This document shows, piece after piece, positions 36,901 through 51,900 of a stretch of 64,000 bases of DNA. The notes beneath the pieces are model-generated. The model saw only the letters and a program-made list of their open reading frames with translations. It made no database searches and was not told where the DNA came from. Where the stretch lies: assembly GCA_002633005.1 (NCBI GenBank), contig NMRA01000466.1:286633-350632 (forward strand). The letters are read 5' to 3'. The position numbers and the translations under genes were made by a program. The stretch's first letter is position 1, and each line of letters starts with the position of its first letter. Source of the stretch: Phoronis australis. Taxonomy: Eukaryota > Animalia > Phoronida.

Positions 36901-39900
36901 ACTGTCTTACCAAAACTCGTATATTTTCTGAATACGCGATGAGTGGAAATATGAACCCATGACCTAAAATACGGCTCCCGGTCGCATTCACGTGATTGCC
37001 ATCTTGTATGGAAAGTCGTTACGTAAATCATTGAAACATGTAAAAGTGTATTCGACTTTAAGGTTTACATAAGTTCACTGTATTAACACAGTCGATAAGA
37101 ATGTGACCAAAAGTTGAATCAACATTTCTTGTGTCTTCGAACATCCTGGTCAGATATCAGTGTTCAAAATGTTTAGTTCATGTTTTAGGCATTACCTTTA
37201 AAGTTAGAGCAGCATGCATGTTATCATTCCCAAATCCATTCTGGTGTCTACCTATTGGGTAAATCACAAAAGGATCGTTATGAAATTTGATATACATATT
37301 CTAACTGTGAAGATCATGGCTGACATTGAGTTTTAGACGGCTTAGCTGGCGCATCCTGGGGGCAGTTATTTTCGTATCTGTAGCTTTCTCTCCTATGACT
37401 GACAACCGATAACGACCACCTTCGGTCTTATGTGACTACCGTTGTTCCCCTACATGTAGTTACAATTTACTTTTCTATGTTTTTCTGTCTATCTTCAGAA
37501 TTCTTGAACGTATGTTAATGCTATCTGGTAATAGTTTTCTATCAAAAACGGCAATGCCTTCCCAATTTCAGCTTGGTTTGACGTATTATTCATCATTTAG
37601 TGGTCATCATTTTATGCACTCACATATTTATATACACCATGACCCCCATCTGTCCTTCCTCCGGCGTCCGTCTGACGTCCAGCGTCCGATGCTCTATCTC
37701 CCAAGTCCTTTGGTGTACATAGGCGGATTTAAGGAGGGGGGGCAGGGGGCCCGCCCCCTCCTCCCGGCTTCTGTCAAAACAATAAAACAGCAAGAACGTG
37801 ATAAACTATTGAGTTGATAATGAACCCGGGTAATTCATGCGGCTGAGGGGCGAGCTCAGATCCGATTGCAAGTGTCCGGTTCAGACCACCGGAGCAATGG
37901 TTTCCCGTTTTTTTTATTTCTCTGCTTATTTTTTAGTACAAATGTACACATCCAGACATTCGAGCCACCCTATCTTTTGGGCTGGGTGTGCGCGTTCAAC
38001 CGTGCTTTGCGCGATTGCCCGAGACAAAATGTTGGGCTCCCCTTATGATATGCCAGATCCGCCACTGGTGTTTTTGTTAATGAACGAACGTTCGGATGGA
38101 TGGGAATTTAAATTTTTCTACCTTTACCTCTGTATTTGCAAAATATTTTTATGCGCCCACAGATTTATTTGTGGGTGCATTACGCCGTCATCTCTTCCGC
38201 CCGTCTGTCGTCCGCCCAGCGTCCGTCCAGCGTCTGGCGTCCGCTGCTCTCCAAAATCCTTTGACGTATGTTCATGAAATTTTGCACGTGTTTCTTTTAT
38301 ACACTGGAACGGCATCAGCGAACTTTCGGACGGATTCGACTACTGGTGTGCCCCCTATTGACAATTTTAGCCAGGTCCTCAACGGATTTTCATAAAATTT
38401 GGCATACGGGCATCTATTAATAAGATGATGCTATCCTCTCGTTTTAAGATTTGAAGTAATTTACGCCACCTAGAGGTTATTTTTCACTGTTTTCGAGTCT
38501 GTTCTTGGCGTCCAAGCCTCTATCAACCAAACAGCTCTAACGATGATTATGAAAACTTCCATGTGTGTTCTCATCATGAAGAGGATGGCTCATGATGATT
38601 TCGCGACTACGTCGGCTGCTGTGGCGCCTCCTAGTGGCAGTAATTTTGCACTCATCGTTTTATCTCCTAAACGGTTGGAAAGATCTTTACTAAATTTAGT
38701 AAGTGTATGTAGATGAAGCTAACAACAGACGACGACGACGACGATTTTCAGGCGGATCCAACGAATGCTGTGTCCCCTAAAGGCAATTTCGTGTTTTCCG
38801 TTTTCCTTTGTTTCTTTGTTGCTACTGTATAGATTTTAATGAAATTTAGTAAATTGCCTTCTATCAAAAAAGTGATGGCATGTTCCTGTTTTCGGATGTA
38901 TTGGACATTTTGGCGCTTTCTAGTGGCTATTTTTATGATACAAATAAAAAACCGTAGACGTACCCCGTTTGCTGTGCATTCGTGGGCGCATTTCAACGGT
39001 TTTCGTTGGTCTTGTCCTAAAATTTGGCATCTTTCAGTTAGATGACGCCATCCTGTTTTTTTCGGATGTATTTGAGGTATTTTACGCCACCTAGTGGCCA
39101 ATTTTACTGTTCTCGAGTCTGATTTAGCGTTCACCTCTGTTTTAACAAACCAGTCCAAAGATGTTTTTGAGAATGGGCATTTTACGTCCCTACTGTGAAG
39201 AGAACGGCTGACGACTTCGACAACTCTGCGGGTCACAGTGACACTTTAGATTTTATGCCAATGGCTGTGGCTTCTAAAACTTCTGCAGACTCTTTACTAA
39301 ATTTAGCAAGTGTTTTTGTATGAAGTTGACAACGAACGACGATGTGACCCTATTGGTTATTTTAGTATTTTACGTTGATCTCTTTATCGTCAGATGTCCT
39401 CAACAGATTTTCATAAAAATTCGTAGACAGGCATCTTTTAGTGATTTAACCCTTTCCTTTTGTTCTCGGAAGGCTTTGAGGTAATTTGAGCGACTTAGTG
39501 TGAATTTGTATTGTTTCCGGTTCAGTTTTGGCGTTCCCCCTCTATCAACCAAACCACTCTAAGGATGATTTTGAAAATTTATGTTTCTACTGTGAAAAGG
39601 ATGGTTGATGATGTTTTTCGGACGGCTCGGACTACTGTGGCACCAACTAGTGGCAGTTATTGCGCTTATTACGGTATCTTCAAAGACCCCTACAGGATCT
39701 TTATTAACTTCTGCAACTGTATTTACACATGTATGTGAAATTGACACCTAGTGACATTTTTTTCTCCTTGTACGCTATATCTTTGAAACTTCTTGCCTGA
39801 TGTTTGTAAAATTTAATATTTAGGCATCTATTAAACTGTCGAAAATTTCCCCTTTTCTGATAAATTGGACGTATAGCGGCTGTTTTTCTTATCATAAAAT

Positions 39901-42900
39901 TTTGCAAATAGGTTACTATTCAGTAAGGAGACGACGATGCCTTCTTATTTTCTGGCGGATTTGACGTAGGTAACGCCTTTCGGCGGCCATTATAATTTTT
40001 TATAATGTTTTTGACATCGTCCAATGCAACCACCAAATCGCTTGAAGGATCATTATTATAATTTGGAGGTGTGTTCCTGATGAGAAGACAGAAGATGACG
40101 TTGATTTCCAGACATGCTCAACTAGTCTGGGGCCCTCTAGGGGCAATTTCATTTTTGCGTCCACGGCTTTATATCATTTACTTTTGAAAGATCCGTCTGA
40201 AATTTAGCGGATGTTTTCCTATAAAGATAGCAACAGATGACGGCCAGTTTCAAACTAATCCAGCAACGGATGTGTTCCCTAGTGACAATTTTATTCTTTA
40301 CGTTTGTATGTAATTTCGGGGTTCCTTGATGCTTTGTCATGAAATTGGGCAACCAAATTACTATTATGAAGACGACACATGTTTTCTTTTTATGATGAAT
40401 TCGACGCATTGTGCACCAACAAGTGACCACTATTTATTATTGTCTATTTTATGTCTTTTGCTTTACAAGTATCTGTCAAACCTCGCACTGAACCATTTTG
40501 AAAGTTGGCAGATGTATTCCAACTGACGAGTAGTGGATTTTCAAACGGATGCAACTACTTTGGCTCCCCCTAGTGACATTTTAGCTTCTACGGCTGTATA
40601 TCCTAAACCCCTTGCAAGATGTTTTTGAAATTTTGCAATTGTAATTCCTATTAACTATTACTCTAACTTGGCAGTAGAGGGATGGATTCGACTACTTCTG
40701 TGGTTCCTAAAGGAAGTGTGGTTTTTACGGTTGCTTTTGTATCTTGGAGTTTGGTAGCGACTTTCCGAATGTACATGATTGTATGGCAAATAATTTTGAG
40801 AGACAACGACGCCTTTCTTTTTGGATGGGTTCAACCTATTCTAAGCCATATGCAGTGTAATGGCCACTTTAACAATAAAATTACTGTAAACACCCCTAGA
40901 AGCACACCGTTTGCGGTGCAGTCATGGGCGCATTTCAAACTCTGCGATGCTCCTCTGGTTTTTGTCCTTCGTTTCTGTACCTGACAAAGGATCATTATTA
41001 AAATTGTTAATATGTTTTTCATTTAGAAAATGCATGATTGGCGACGATTCCAACTGCTGTAGCACCATCTAGTGGCAATTTTGTTGTAGTTATTTGTTGC
41101 ATCTTCATGAGATGCTATTCACTTTTTATTGAGAAGAGTTCACCTGATTTGGATTTTGGGTCAAACCCTACTACTGCGTAGTACCATACTGGCAATTTCG
41201 TTCTTTGCCTCTGTTGAGATCCTTTCCATAATGGATGTCCATGGAATTTAGCCAATAAGATACTATCACGTAGACAACAAAACATGCTTCTGACGAATTT
41301 GACCTGTATGTTAGTTGGGCCCCTAATGACGTGATCGTTATTTTTGTGCAAGTTCTTTGTTGCCCTCTTGTCTATCCTCTAAGGTACCATGAGAGCAATG
41401 GTGAAATGTGGCATCTGCGTTCCTATTGAGCGGTCCATAGCCAATTATTCTGCACCCCCCAAATGCTACTTTAGTCTGACTAGAATTGCTTTTTTAGTTA
41501 GAATGTTAAAATATATATCATTTCGTGTACCTGTCATGTACCGTGCGAAGGGTAGACGTATTTCAATGCTCTGCGTTACTCTTTCATTCTGCAACTGTTT
41601 ATCCGGTAATAATGTATGATTTATCCAGTGATATAGTTTGAGGACTGGAATAATTATCCCATTTAGCATTTTGTATAAAGTTACCATCCTTTTTACTAAC
41701 ACAAGCTTTGCTCTGTGCTCCACACAAACCTTCGCTTTTCAGATGTTGACGAGTGCACGAGGGGTAAACATAACTGTTCAGCTAACGCTAAATGTTCCAA
41801 TACACTTGGGTGGTACGATTGCGATTGTAACGCCGGTTACACGGGCAACGGGCTCGAATGTGCTGGTATGTATGAAAGTTGCACGTAAGAGAGCTGAACT
41901 AACATTGATCATAAGCTTTTTTATTGTTGGATTTCAAGATTTACTATACTAATTGACATAAAAGTAATTTCAATATATCCAGTAACCAACACATACTGGT
42001 GGACCGCTGGGAATCACTGGCGTCACCGAATGTGTAGGTGCTCAACTATGTTTGTAATGAATTGTAATCGACGCGTTGTGGTTTGCATCATAGATTGCAA
42101 GTGTATTGTTGTTTTTTTTGAAAACTTTTTCTAGATATTGATGAATGCACTGATGGAGCTGATGACTGTAACGCTGACGCCACGTGCACCAATACCAAGG
42201 GAGGTTTCACGTGTGATTGTAATAGTGGTTACCAAGGCGACGGAAAAGAATGTTCCGGTATGTTTTTACGTTCACAAGCATTTGAAATTTACAAATACAA
42301 TGGCCTGTGACCTTTTTATCTTACAATACAAGCATTAGTTAAAGATCACCATCTCGCAATAAAAACATACAGGAACGTGGTGCTTACACTATTCAACAAT
42401 TAATGCACAGCAAAAAGTGTACGGAACATTTCAAATCTTTTTCTGAAGAAGAGAGATAATATAATAATTGATCATTTTAGTTAGCAGTTAGATTCATGGA
42501 TAGGTACAGTATACAAGATGTAGACTTAGATACGTGACAGCAATTGGGTAGGTTTTCCTCACAGAGAAAAATCCACAGCCGGAAATACTTATACCGTTAG
42601 CTAAAACATCATACGTACAGCAGTCATTGTTTAATGACACTGGGTAACATGAAACCTTTGCATACGTTTTGTATTTGAAATAAATTGCTGGATTTGATTT
42701 AGGGCATTAGTCTTATGCATTTTGGCTCTTAGCAATTGCGCTACATTCCATTTACAGTACTGGTGGATCTCCAAATCACCCCCACTTCACAAGCATTATG
42801 CTGTAAATTTACCCTGAAAGGGAATATAACCGCTCCTTTTAAAAATTGCATACGATATTTTTACTTCAAATAAAAAATTATTAAATATAGATTTTGGCTA

Positions 42901-45900
42901 ATTGCTTTTCTTATGTTGGCCAGCGTTATCACTTCTTGCAACAAGTACCCGTGGAACCAGCCCCAAACTAGCTCATTTCAGAAACGGAATGTGGTAAAAA
43001 CTCTCAAAAGGAACATGCGCTTGAGTTAATGCATTGTTCAGACTAGCCAGCCATAAAAGTGATCATTTAATCTTTCTGTTTTAACAAAAGGACACAGGAA
43101 CTCTTGAGACTATTTTCGTTATATTTTTTAGTCTAGGGAATTGAATCACGTCAAATTTATTTTGGTCGTGGTTTGTGTAGAAAAGTTACTCCGGAGGTCT
43201 CCAGAGAAACGCAAACCTGACTTCATGCAAGGGAATTAATCCGTTCACACAGGGCCTCTGTTTAGCTGCAAACCCAGGATTTTTGCAGAATTGTTGTTGG
43301 CAAAAGGCAAAATACAAAATATGAAAATCAGAAAAACAATCATTAATCGAAACTGAGTCGAACCCCCCCAAATTGTGTTTTTTTAGAAACCCATCATCGC
43401 TGTTAGTATGTACGTGAAGGTCTCTGGAGGAAGTTCCGGTTGCTGGTTGTATGAAGCAATCCCTATCAGGCACTCAGCTATGTACATTTGGCGTTGTATG
43501 TCAAATGCTGAACAGGAAGATGATGATGAGCGCTTTAATGAGCAGGATTTCATAATTATATGCAAACACACGTTTCGTAATTTTATGTTGGCTTGGGAAA
43601 TCCATAAGCAGGACTTACACAAACATAAAGCGAACGATATCAATTCTATCTATCGGTGCCTACTCCTTATGCGATTGATTTTGACAAAGAACGTATTTTT
43701 TGTTATGAGGTCAAATCTCACATAGCCTGGAATCGAAAGCATCATTTGCACTCACAATCGACAACACGTCAATTCTCCTGACTTCAGCTCTGACCATAAC
43801 TTAACCTAGCTGTTGACTATTGGTTTCCAATATTTGGTATCTCCTACGAATCCGTCTGTGATTGATATCATTTGGGCCGGTATGTGACTACATGTATTAG
43901 GCCTACATCGAAATAAGAACTGTGATGGACGTGGCGTTACGGTGCTTCTCAACACGTAAACTGAATCATATGAATCTCTTCTCAGTAATGAGTTGTTTTT
44001 AAGGAATTGCAGATTTATGGGAATTCAAAGTATATAAGCCAACCCCAGACGGCTAAACCAAAACCATAAAACACCCCTGGTACTTCAAAGCCTCGCCATT
44101 TGTTCAGTAATCCTCCTTAAAGGAATCATATGTCGATGGGTTTCTGTAATCTAACTGGTCGTCTTTAGAAGTTCATGTCCCCGATAATTGGTAAAATTTG
44201 AGATTCTATTTGTAACCCAGCTCCTTCTGCGATTCAACTGAAACGTATAATTAATATGTTCACAACTTCATGGAGCTTGCTGTAACACAAATCTTTTGCG
44301 CCCTACAAGTCGACACCAATTTTTCGAATTTTGTAGGTTCTTGATTTTCACATGCCTATGTAGGTACAGTGTAGAGGTAAACGGTCGAAAGTGCGTTGCG
44401 CCCAAACGTTCAGCGGGAGATGTCACTGTCAGAAAGATCCATTTACATTTGGAAATTATTTCCCGAGTAATTGTAAATTTACGGTGATTTAGAGGTTTTA
44501 AACCACCCTCCAATGACATGACCAATAATGAAAAAGAAGACCTTAAACACTACATGGCGGTGCTGCTGATTCAGTAATAAATTCCACTTGTAGATGCACC
44601 CCTCAATGTAATGCCACTGCTGGTGTTTAAGAGATGCTATACCGAGAATTGGAGAAAACAGTTTACTTGTAGATTTATACTGCTTGCTTGGAAAGAAAAA
44701 CGTTGTATTTGTCCATGAATTGATGTTGATTTGCACTGAGACATGAAGTTATTACAGTAGTTAACACATAGTTTGGTATTGATGAAAGTAAAAACCATCT
44801 TTGCTTTGCTGTAGCCATAACCTGGAGTAAACTAGTGCAAATTAAAATACTTATGACTTGTGCTATATCCATCAATACATCCCCACTCGGCTCCATGAAC
44901 TACATTGTACAGATCAAACATGTATTCGATGCCCTTATTTTGTACAAATCCTTTTTCGTCACCTCCTACTGTGTGTCTAACAATGAATAAATCTTTCAGA
45001 TGTCGACGAGTGTTCAGCAGGAAACGATAATTGCCATTCTAACGCAAATTGCACAAATTCTATCGGCAGCTTTACGTGTACTTGCGTTGACGGTTACAAA
45101 GGAGATGGGGTCAACTGCAATGGTATGAGCACATTATGTCTCGTGTTTGTAATAAGCAACGTGATTTCTAGAAAGTTGTGACGTTAGGTTGCAGCTTCTC
45201 AACATTTAAACTGAGACATGTTTCTCACGAGTTGTCTCATAAACATATTCAACACAAGAGATAATTTTTCATAACTTTAATATTCAAAAATTCTTTAAAG
45301 TTGTCATTCATTGTCATTGCTTAACAGCATTTTCTCGAACATGTTACAATATGAGTGGTTTGGTGTAACTTTCACTGTTTTCATTTACATGTACGTGATA
45401 TTTATAGTTTAGACACTTTTATCAGTCTCGAACAATAAAATCGATGTGTGCAAAGGTCGCTTGACATGACTACTTATTTTATGACATGACACACACAAAT
45501 GTGTCTTAAGTCATCATTTCCAACGACACAAATATCAGTTGTCAGTCAATATTAAAACTTGGAAAAATAGTGGAATTCGACGACTGATATAAATTGTTCA
45601 AGAATGCGATTCAAAAATCTCAAGCGCAGTTTTCTATGTAGTGGCAGTAAGTATGTATAGCTCAAACACGAAATTTCCCTTTCGTTAAAACCACGAATGG
45701 CAGTTTTATACACACTGAGTGAGGAACAGGCATGATTATAAACGATTGTGTGACTGGAAGTCTTTTTAAAGGTATAAATTGAGATTTTTTGTGATTCCGG
45801 TTTAAAATATATATACCTTTATATATATCGGAGGTAGGCGATTAGAAGAAAAGAAACTGATGTTGAACGTCATTGTTGGATCAAATGCGAATGGTTTATC

Positions 45901-48900
45901 GTAGACACATTTTGAAGTATACAGTTTCCCCCGATGTAATTAATTGTACATGGCACACTTGAGATGTGAAGTTTGCGGCTCAGACTGATTAGACGATTGC
46001 CTTTCTTGGGACTCTACTCAGTACAGTACGCCCAAGGGGTATACGCACTACGAGCTATTGAAGATAAGAACAATTCCGTTTCACCGCTGTGAAGAGGATG
46101 ACAAGATCCTCTTGAGGTTGTTCATTTCATTCGTGCCAGTGAACGCTGGCCGTCCAAACCTCGATCAATGTGGTGCAACACTATCTTCTGTGCGTCAAAC
46201 GAAACGTAATCTGGAGAAGGGTGTAATGCCATCAGTGTTCACCTCATCTGATTTTTCCTCACCTGTTCGGGGTACAAGATAACTTGGAGTAGTCTTTAAT
46301 TACTCAAAAAATCGTTTTGTTGACATCAAATTCTATGTTGTACCTTAAAGCTCATCGGATTTGATTTTAAAGAAGCACGTATCATTCCACAAAAGCGAAG
46401 TCTTGATTTTTGTACCATACTTTGTTATTTTCCCATGTTACTTTACGGTTATTTTGCCATGTTACTTTACGCTGTTGTTGGCTATTCCCATTTCCAGATA
46501 TTGACGAGTGCACCGAAGTAACGGCAGGTTGTCATTCCAAAGCCACCTGTTCTAATGCCATAGGTTCTTTTACGTGTACATGTGACATCGGTTACGAAGG
46601 CGATGGATTTATCTGTAGAGGTAAGCAGTTTGAACTAGGTAAGTCCAATTTCATATGCTGCTCTTAAGTTTAATGGCCACGGTGTTATTGTCTAAAAGGA
46701 TATGTACTGTATGTTAGAGGTAATGATCGACATCCCTTTGTCCGTTCGCGCGTTGTTCTCTCCGTCTGTTTAGTCCCTGCGCCCTTGTATAGAAAATATT
46801 TGTCTCTGTACGTGATACATGTACATAGAAATTTCCAAACGGGGCTTCGAAACGACCAATCTTTGAAAAAAATATAGTTATAACATAACTTATCGAATAT
46901 TTTCGGGATTTTGCAATTCGATCATAATTTGTATATGGCCCTATCGTGATAGGGAAATGCTATTTTGCCCGGAACTCCTTTTACATTTGAAATGGCATTG
47001 GACAAACTTTCAAGAGTGTATCGTCTCGAATGCAGTAGCGTTAGGTATTATCTTCAGGTCGTCCTTTAACCTCACGTGTATTTCCTGAAATGTGACCTGT
47101 TCATTACGTTCATGTTTCCGTGAGCAAATTCAGGAAATGTCTTCTGTTTACAAGTTCTCCAACATTTCTAAGGGAACTTCAACCAAACTTTCAAAAGTAT
47201 GCTAACAAAGGATGTGCCACAACTTATAATATTCCCCTTTTCGAAGTTAACCGAATTTTTCTGAAATTTGGCACATTTTTTATTTTCACTGATCCGATTG
47301 GGGAAATGGCCTTCTCTGGGCAAATTCATTCACAGATTCAAACGGGATTCCCAAAAAATCTATCAAAAACCCACAGTTGCGAAATACCGTAGCGCATGTT
47401 TTCCTTACTTTTCGGTTGGTCAGCTCTTGATTGTAACATACTCCTGCACGGAAATGCAATAAGTACATTGTAGTGCTCGCGGATTCACTATCTTAGAGGA
47501 GATCTCAACTACTACCAAAAATGCGTGCGGAGTGCCGTTGAACATTCGTCAACATTTTCTTAAGTTTTGATCAATAATTGATTTTCATGCACCGATATAC
47601 ATGTACGAATACAAATCTTCACTACGCAAAGCCTTCTGTCTTTCAGAGGTAAATCAAAACACCATATATTGGCATGTTCGTTCAACAAAAGATTCTTTCG
47701 ACGTACCGTATACAGTAGTTACAATTTGACTTACATGTATTGCATATCGTCGGGAGTTTGCAATTCAAGATGTTCTGTATCTTGGTCCGTTCTTGCGCGA
47801 AAGTCCTTGATGGCAGCGTTTGCATGAAAACATTGTTCTCCGTGAGCAAGTCTTTTTAGATTCCAGAGGGAATTTCACTTATTTTTTAAAAAGTTTTCGC
47901 GTACAGGATGTGTCGTGGCGCATATTGTTGGCACTTTCCGATTCCACCGATTTTTTTCTGAAATTGGGCATAATTTTTTATTTGCACTGATTCATGTAGC
48001 TCATATTGTCATTCCTTGTCGGGTCGACCGTCAGCTTTGAATGTTGGTTAAAGTTTTATTTCAACACGTCCGCGTTTGGAAATGCTCAACGCGGTACACG
48101 TATCTTTCACAAACCCATGGTTTTAGACGGAATTTCAACCACATTGTTAAAAAATGGCTAAGAGCAGCTGTTTAACATTCTTCAGCATTTTCTGGATTTG
48201 CTTCTGTTGTTGACTTCCATGAACTCGTATATAAAAAGGACCTACATCGCCCAGTTCCTTATCCGTTTCAATGGCGCCTAATATATTCACACCATCATTC
48301 AACTTCCTGTAGCGCACATCGTGTGCAGCTTACAAGTTGACACTAATTTTCCGAATTTTTGCAGGCTCTTGATTTTCAAACGCCTTTGCAGAAACAGATG
48401 TAAACGCTCGAATATGCAGTTCGCCCAAACCTTCATCAGGAGACAACACCTTCAGAAAATGTTTTTTTTTGCATATGAACCTGAGTAAATTTCAGATTTA
48501 GGGGGATTCAAAGGTTTGAAACGACCCTCAGATGGCATTGTCCAAAATGAAAAAAAAAACACTCCAACGCGGTGCTGCTGGTTCAGTAATAACTCCTTCG
48601 TGCAGATGTGCCAAAGCAATGTCACTGGTGGTGTTGAAATTATGTTGTACCTAGAATTGGAGAAAAAATGCCTGTAAATTATACCAGTTTGATTTTGCTT
48701 GCAAAGAGAAATGTTGTATTTGCCCAGTAATTTATGTTAATTTGCATTGAGACTTGAAGGTGCTAATTAACACATACTTTGATATTCATGACTATAAGAA
48801 CAATCCTTGCATAGCTCTAGACAAACCCTAGTATAAATTGGTATGAAATATAATACATGTACCTATGACCTGTGCTCTACAGTGTATATGCGTCTAAATC

Positions 48901-51900
48901 TCCTGACTCAAAGCTCCGTGAACAACAGATCAAACACATGTGTATTCGGTAATTTTATTTTGTTCAAAATCGTATTGCCACCTCCGAATGTTTCTCTAAC
49001 ACTAAATAATCCTTTCAGATATCGACGAGTGTTCAACAGGAACCGATAATTGCCATTCTAACGCCACTTGTACAAATTCCATGGGGAGTTTTACGTGTGC
49101 CTGCATTGACGGTTACCAAGGAGATGGGGTCAATTGTAACGGTATGAGCACATTACGCCTCGTTTTTGTAATTAGTATGATTATTTCTGGATAGCTGTGA
49201 CGTTAGGCTGATTTTAAAGATTGAAACTGAATGTTAAAATTTCTTACGAGTTGGCTTTAAATAAATATTGAACATTAGGGTATTGTTCACACAATTAATG
49301 ATCGCATATTGTTAAAGTTTTCTTTCATTGTCATTGCGTAACCGATAACATTTTACATTTGTGTTGAGAGAGGTTTGATGTAACTTTTTGTTTTTAATGA
49401 TTTGCCATGTAAATTCACATTATTGTTGGCCATACTTATTTCCAGATATCGACGAGTGCATCATAGGAACGACAGGCTGTGATTCCAATGCTACCTGTTC
49501 TAATACCATAGGTTCTTTTACGTGTACATGTGACATCGGTTACGAAGGCGATGGATTTAACTGTACAGGTAAGCAGTTTGAACTAGGAAAGCTCAATTTC
49601 AAATGCTGTTCTCAAGTTTAACAGTCACGGTATTATTATTTTTAGACAATGTACGTTTCTCGGTTCATACTGCTCCCTGGCACAGAAAATATTTGTCTGT
49701 GTACCTCATGCATGAAAATTTTGAAACGGGGCTTCCACCAATCTTTCAAAATTATTGTTACATCATAACTTATCACATATCTTCGGGGTTTTTTGAGACT
49801 CGATCACAATTTTACATTGTCTGACCTTGATAATTAAATGCTCTTTTGCGTCGAACTCCTTTTTATGCGCCCACATGTTAATACGTAGGTGCATATTGCC
49901 GTCATCTGTATCTGCCCCGACGTCCGGGGGTCCATCGTCTGGAGTCTGCAGCGGTATTTCCTAAACCCCTCACACGATCTTGATGAGATTTGGCAGTTGT
50001 GTTTCTATTTAGCTGATGACCTGTGGCGAATTTAGAGGGGGTTTAAGGGGTGATGGCCCCCTTAAACTCTCCCAGATTCCACTTCAAATTTCGGGGGTGC
50101 GAATGTCTTACTTCCAAAATCCTGCCTAATACACTGTCCTGGCGCTGCCCTATTTAAAAATCCTGGATCCGCCCCTGAAAAAGGATGTCGAGGTATTTCG
50201 GACTTCTCCGACTACTGGTGTGCCCCGTAGTGGCAAATTTATTTTTTTACCCTTACCTCTGTATCTTCGGAAGTCCTCAACTTATTTTCATGAAACTTGG
50301 ATATAGGCATCAATTAGTGAGCTGAAACGATCGTCTCGTTTTCGTGCAGATGAGCCAATACAATGCCAATGGTCGTGTTTAAATTTTGTTGTATCTAGAA
50401 AAGGAAAAAAGTTTGCCTGAAAAATGTACGGTTTGATTTTGTTTGGAAAGAGAAACGTCGTATTTGCCCTATACTCTATGTTAATTTGCATATAGACTTG
50501 AAGGTACTAATTAACACATACTTTGGTATTCATGAATGTAATTAGAATCCTTGCATGGCTCCAGCCATACCCCGGAATAAATTGATATAAAACAAAATAC
50601 CTATGACCTGTGCTATGTATGCGTCTAAATCTACTGACTTAAAGCTCCGTGAACAACAGATCAAACACATATGTACTCGGTAACTTTATTTTGTACAAAA
50701 TCATATTGCCACCTCGGAATGTTTCTTTAACACTAAATAATCCTTTCAGATGTCGACGAGTGTTCAACAGGAACCGATAATTGCCATTCTAACGCCTCTT
50801 GTACAAATTCCATGGGGAGTTTTATGTGTGCCTGCATTGTCGGTTACCAAGGAGATGGGGTCACTTGTACCGGTATGAGGACATTAAGTCTCGTTTTTGT
50901 AATTATTAAAATTATTTCTGGATCGCTGTGACGTTAGGCTGATTTTAAGTTTTCTTTCATTGTCATTGCGTAACTGATAACACTTTACATTTGTGTTAAG
51001 AGTGGTTTGATGTAACTTTTTGTTTTTGATGATTTGTCATGCAAATTCACATTGTTGTTGGCCATACTTATTTCCAGATATCGACGAGTGCATCAAAGGA
51101 ACGGCAGGCTGTGATTCCAATGCTACTTGTTCTAATACCATAGGTTCTTTCACGTGTACATGTGACATCGGTTACGAAGGCGATGGATTTAACTGTACTG
51201 GTAAGCAGTTTGAACTAGGAAAGCTCAATTTCAAATGCTGCTCTCAAGTTTAATGGTCACGGTGTTATTATCTTTCGACAATGTACGTTTCTCGGTTAAT
51301 ACTGTGTACCTCATGCACGAAAATTTTGAAACGGGGTTTCCACCAATCTTTCAAAAATATATTCACTAGATAACTTACCACATATCTTCGGGGTTTTTTT
51401 GAGACTCTATCACAATTTTACATTGTCTGACCTTGATAAGGAAACGCTCTTTTGCGCGGAACTCCTTTTTATGCGCCCACATGTTAATATGTAGGTGCAT
51501 AGTGCCGTCATCTCTATCTGCCCCGACGTCGGGGGGTCTATCGTCCGGCGTCTGCAGCGGTATCTCCTAAACCCCTCACACGATCTTGATGAGATTTGGC
51601 AGTTGTGTTTCTATTTAGCTGATGACCAGTGGCGAACTTAAAGTGGGTTGAAGGGGGTTATGACCCCCTTAAACTCTACCAGATTCCATTTAGAAGTTCG
51701 GGGGTGCGAATATCTGACTTGCAAAATCTTGCCTAATACACTGTCCTGGCGCCGCCTTAACTAACAATCCTGGAACCGCCTCTGATAACGGATGACGAGG
51801 AGTTTCGGACTTATCCGACTACCGGTGTGCCCCNTCCTGGAACCGCCTCTGATAACGGATGACGAGGAATTTCGGACTTCTCCGACTACCGGTGTGCCCC

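Larger units (their letters stand above)
37610..41380 (+). mobile_element. Cluster of nested Helentron-associated (HINE/DINE-1-like) elements with decayed internal tandem repeats
   Basis: 5' ends ttttatgcactcac (37610) and tttttatgcgcccac (38146) followed by (cgtc)n-like tracts; recurrent cctagtggca cores; 3' subterminal inverted repeat tgggcgcat at ~38983 and ~40925. Confidence 0.7.

Noticed and set aside
43383-43725. 105-aa ORF as an additional exon or transposase
   Set aside because: No convincing splice sites in compatible phase and no recognisable motif
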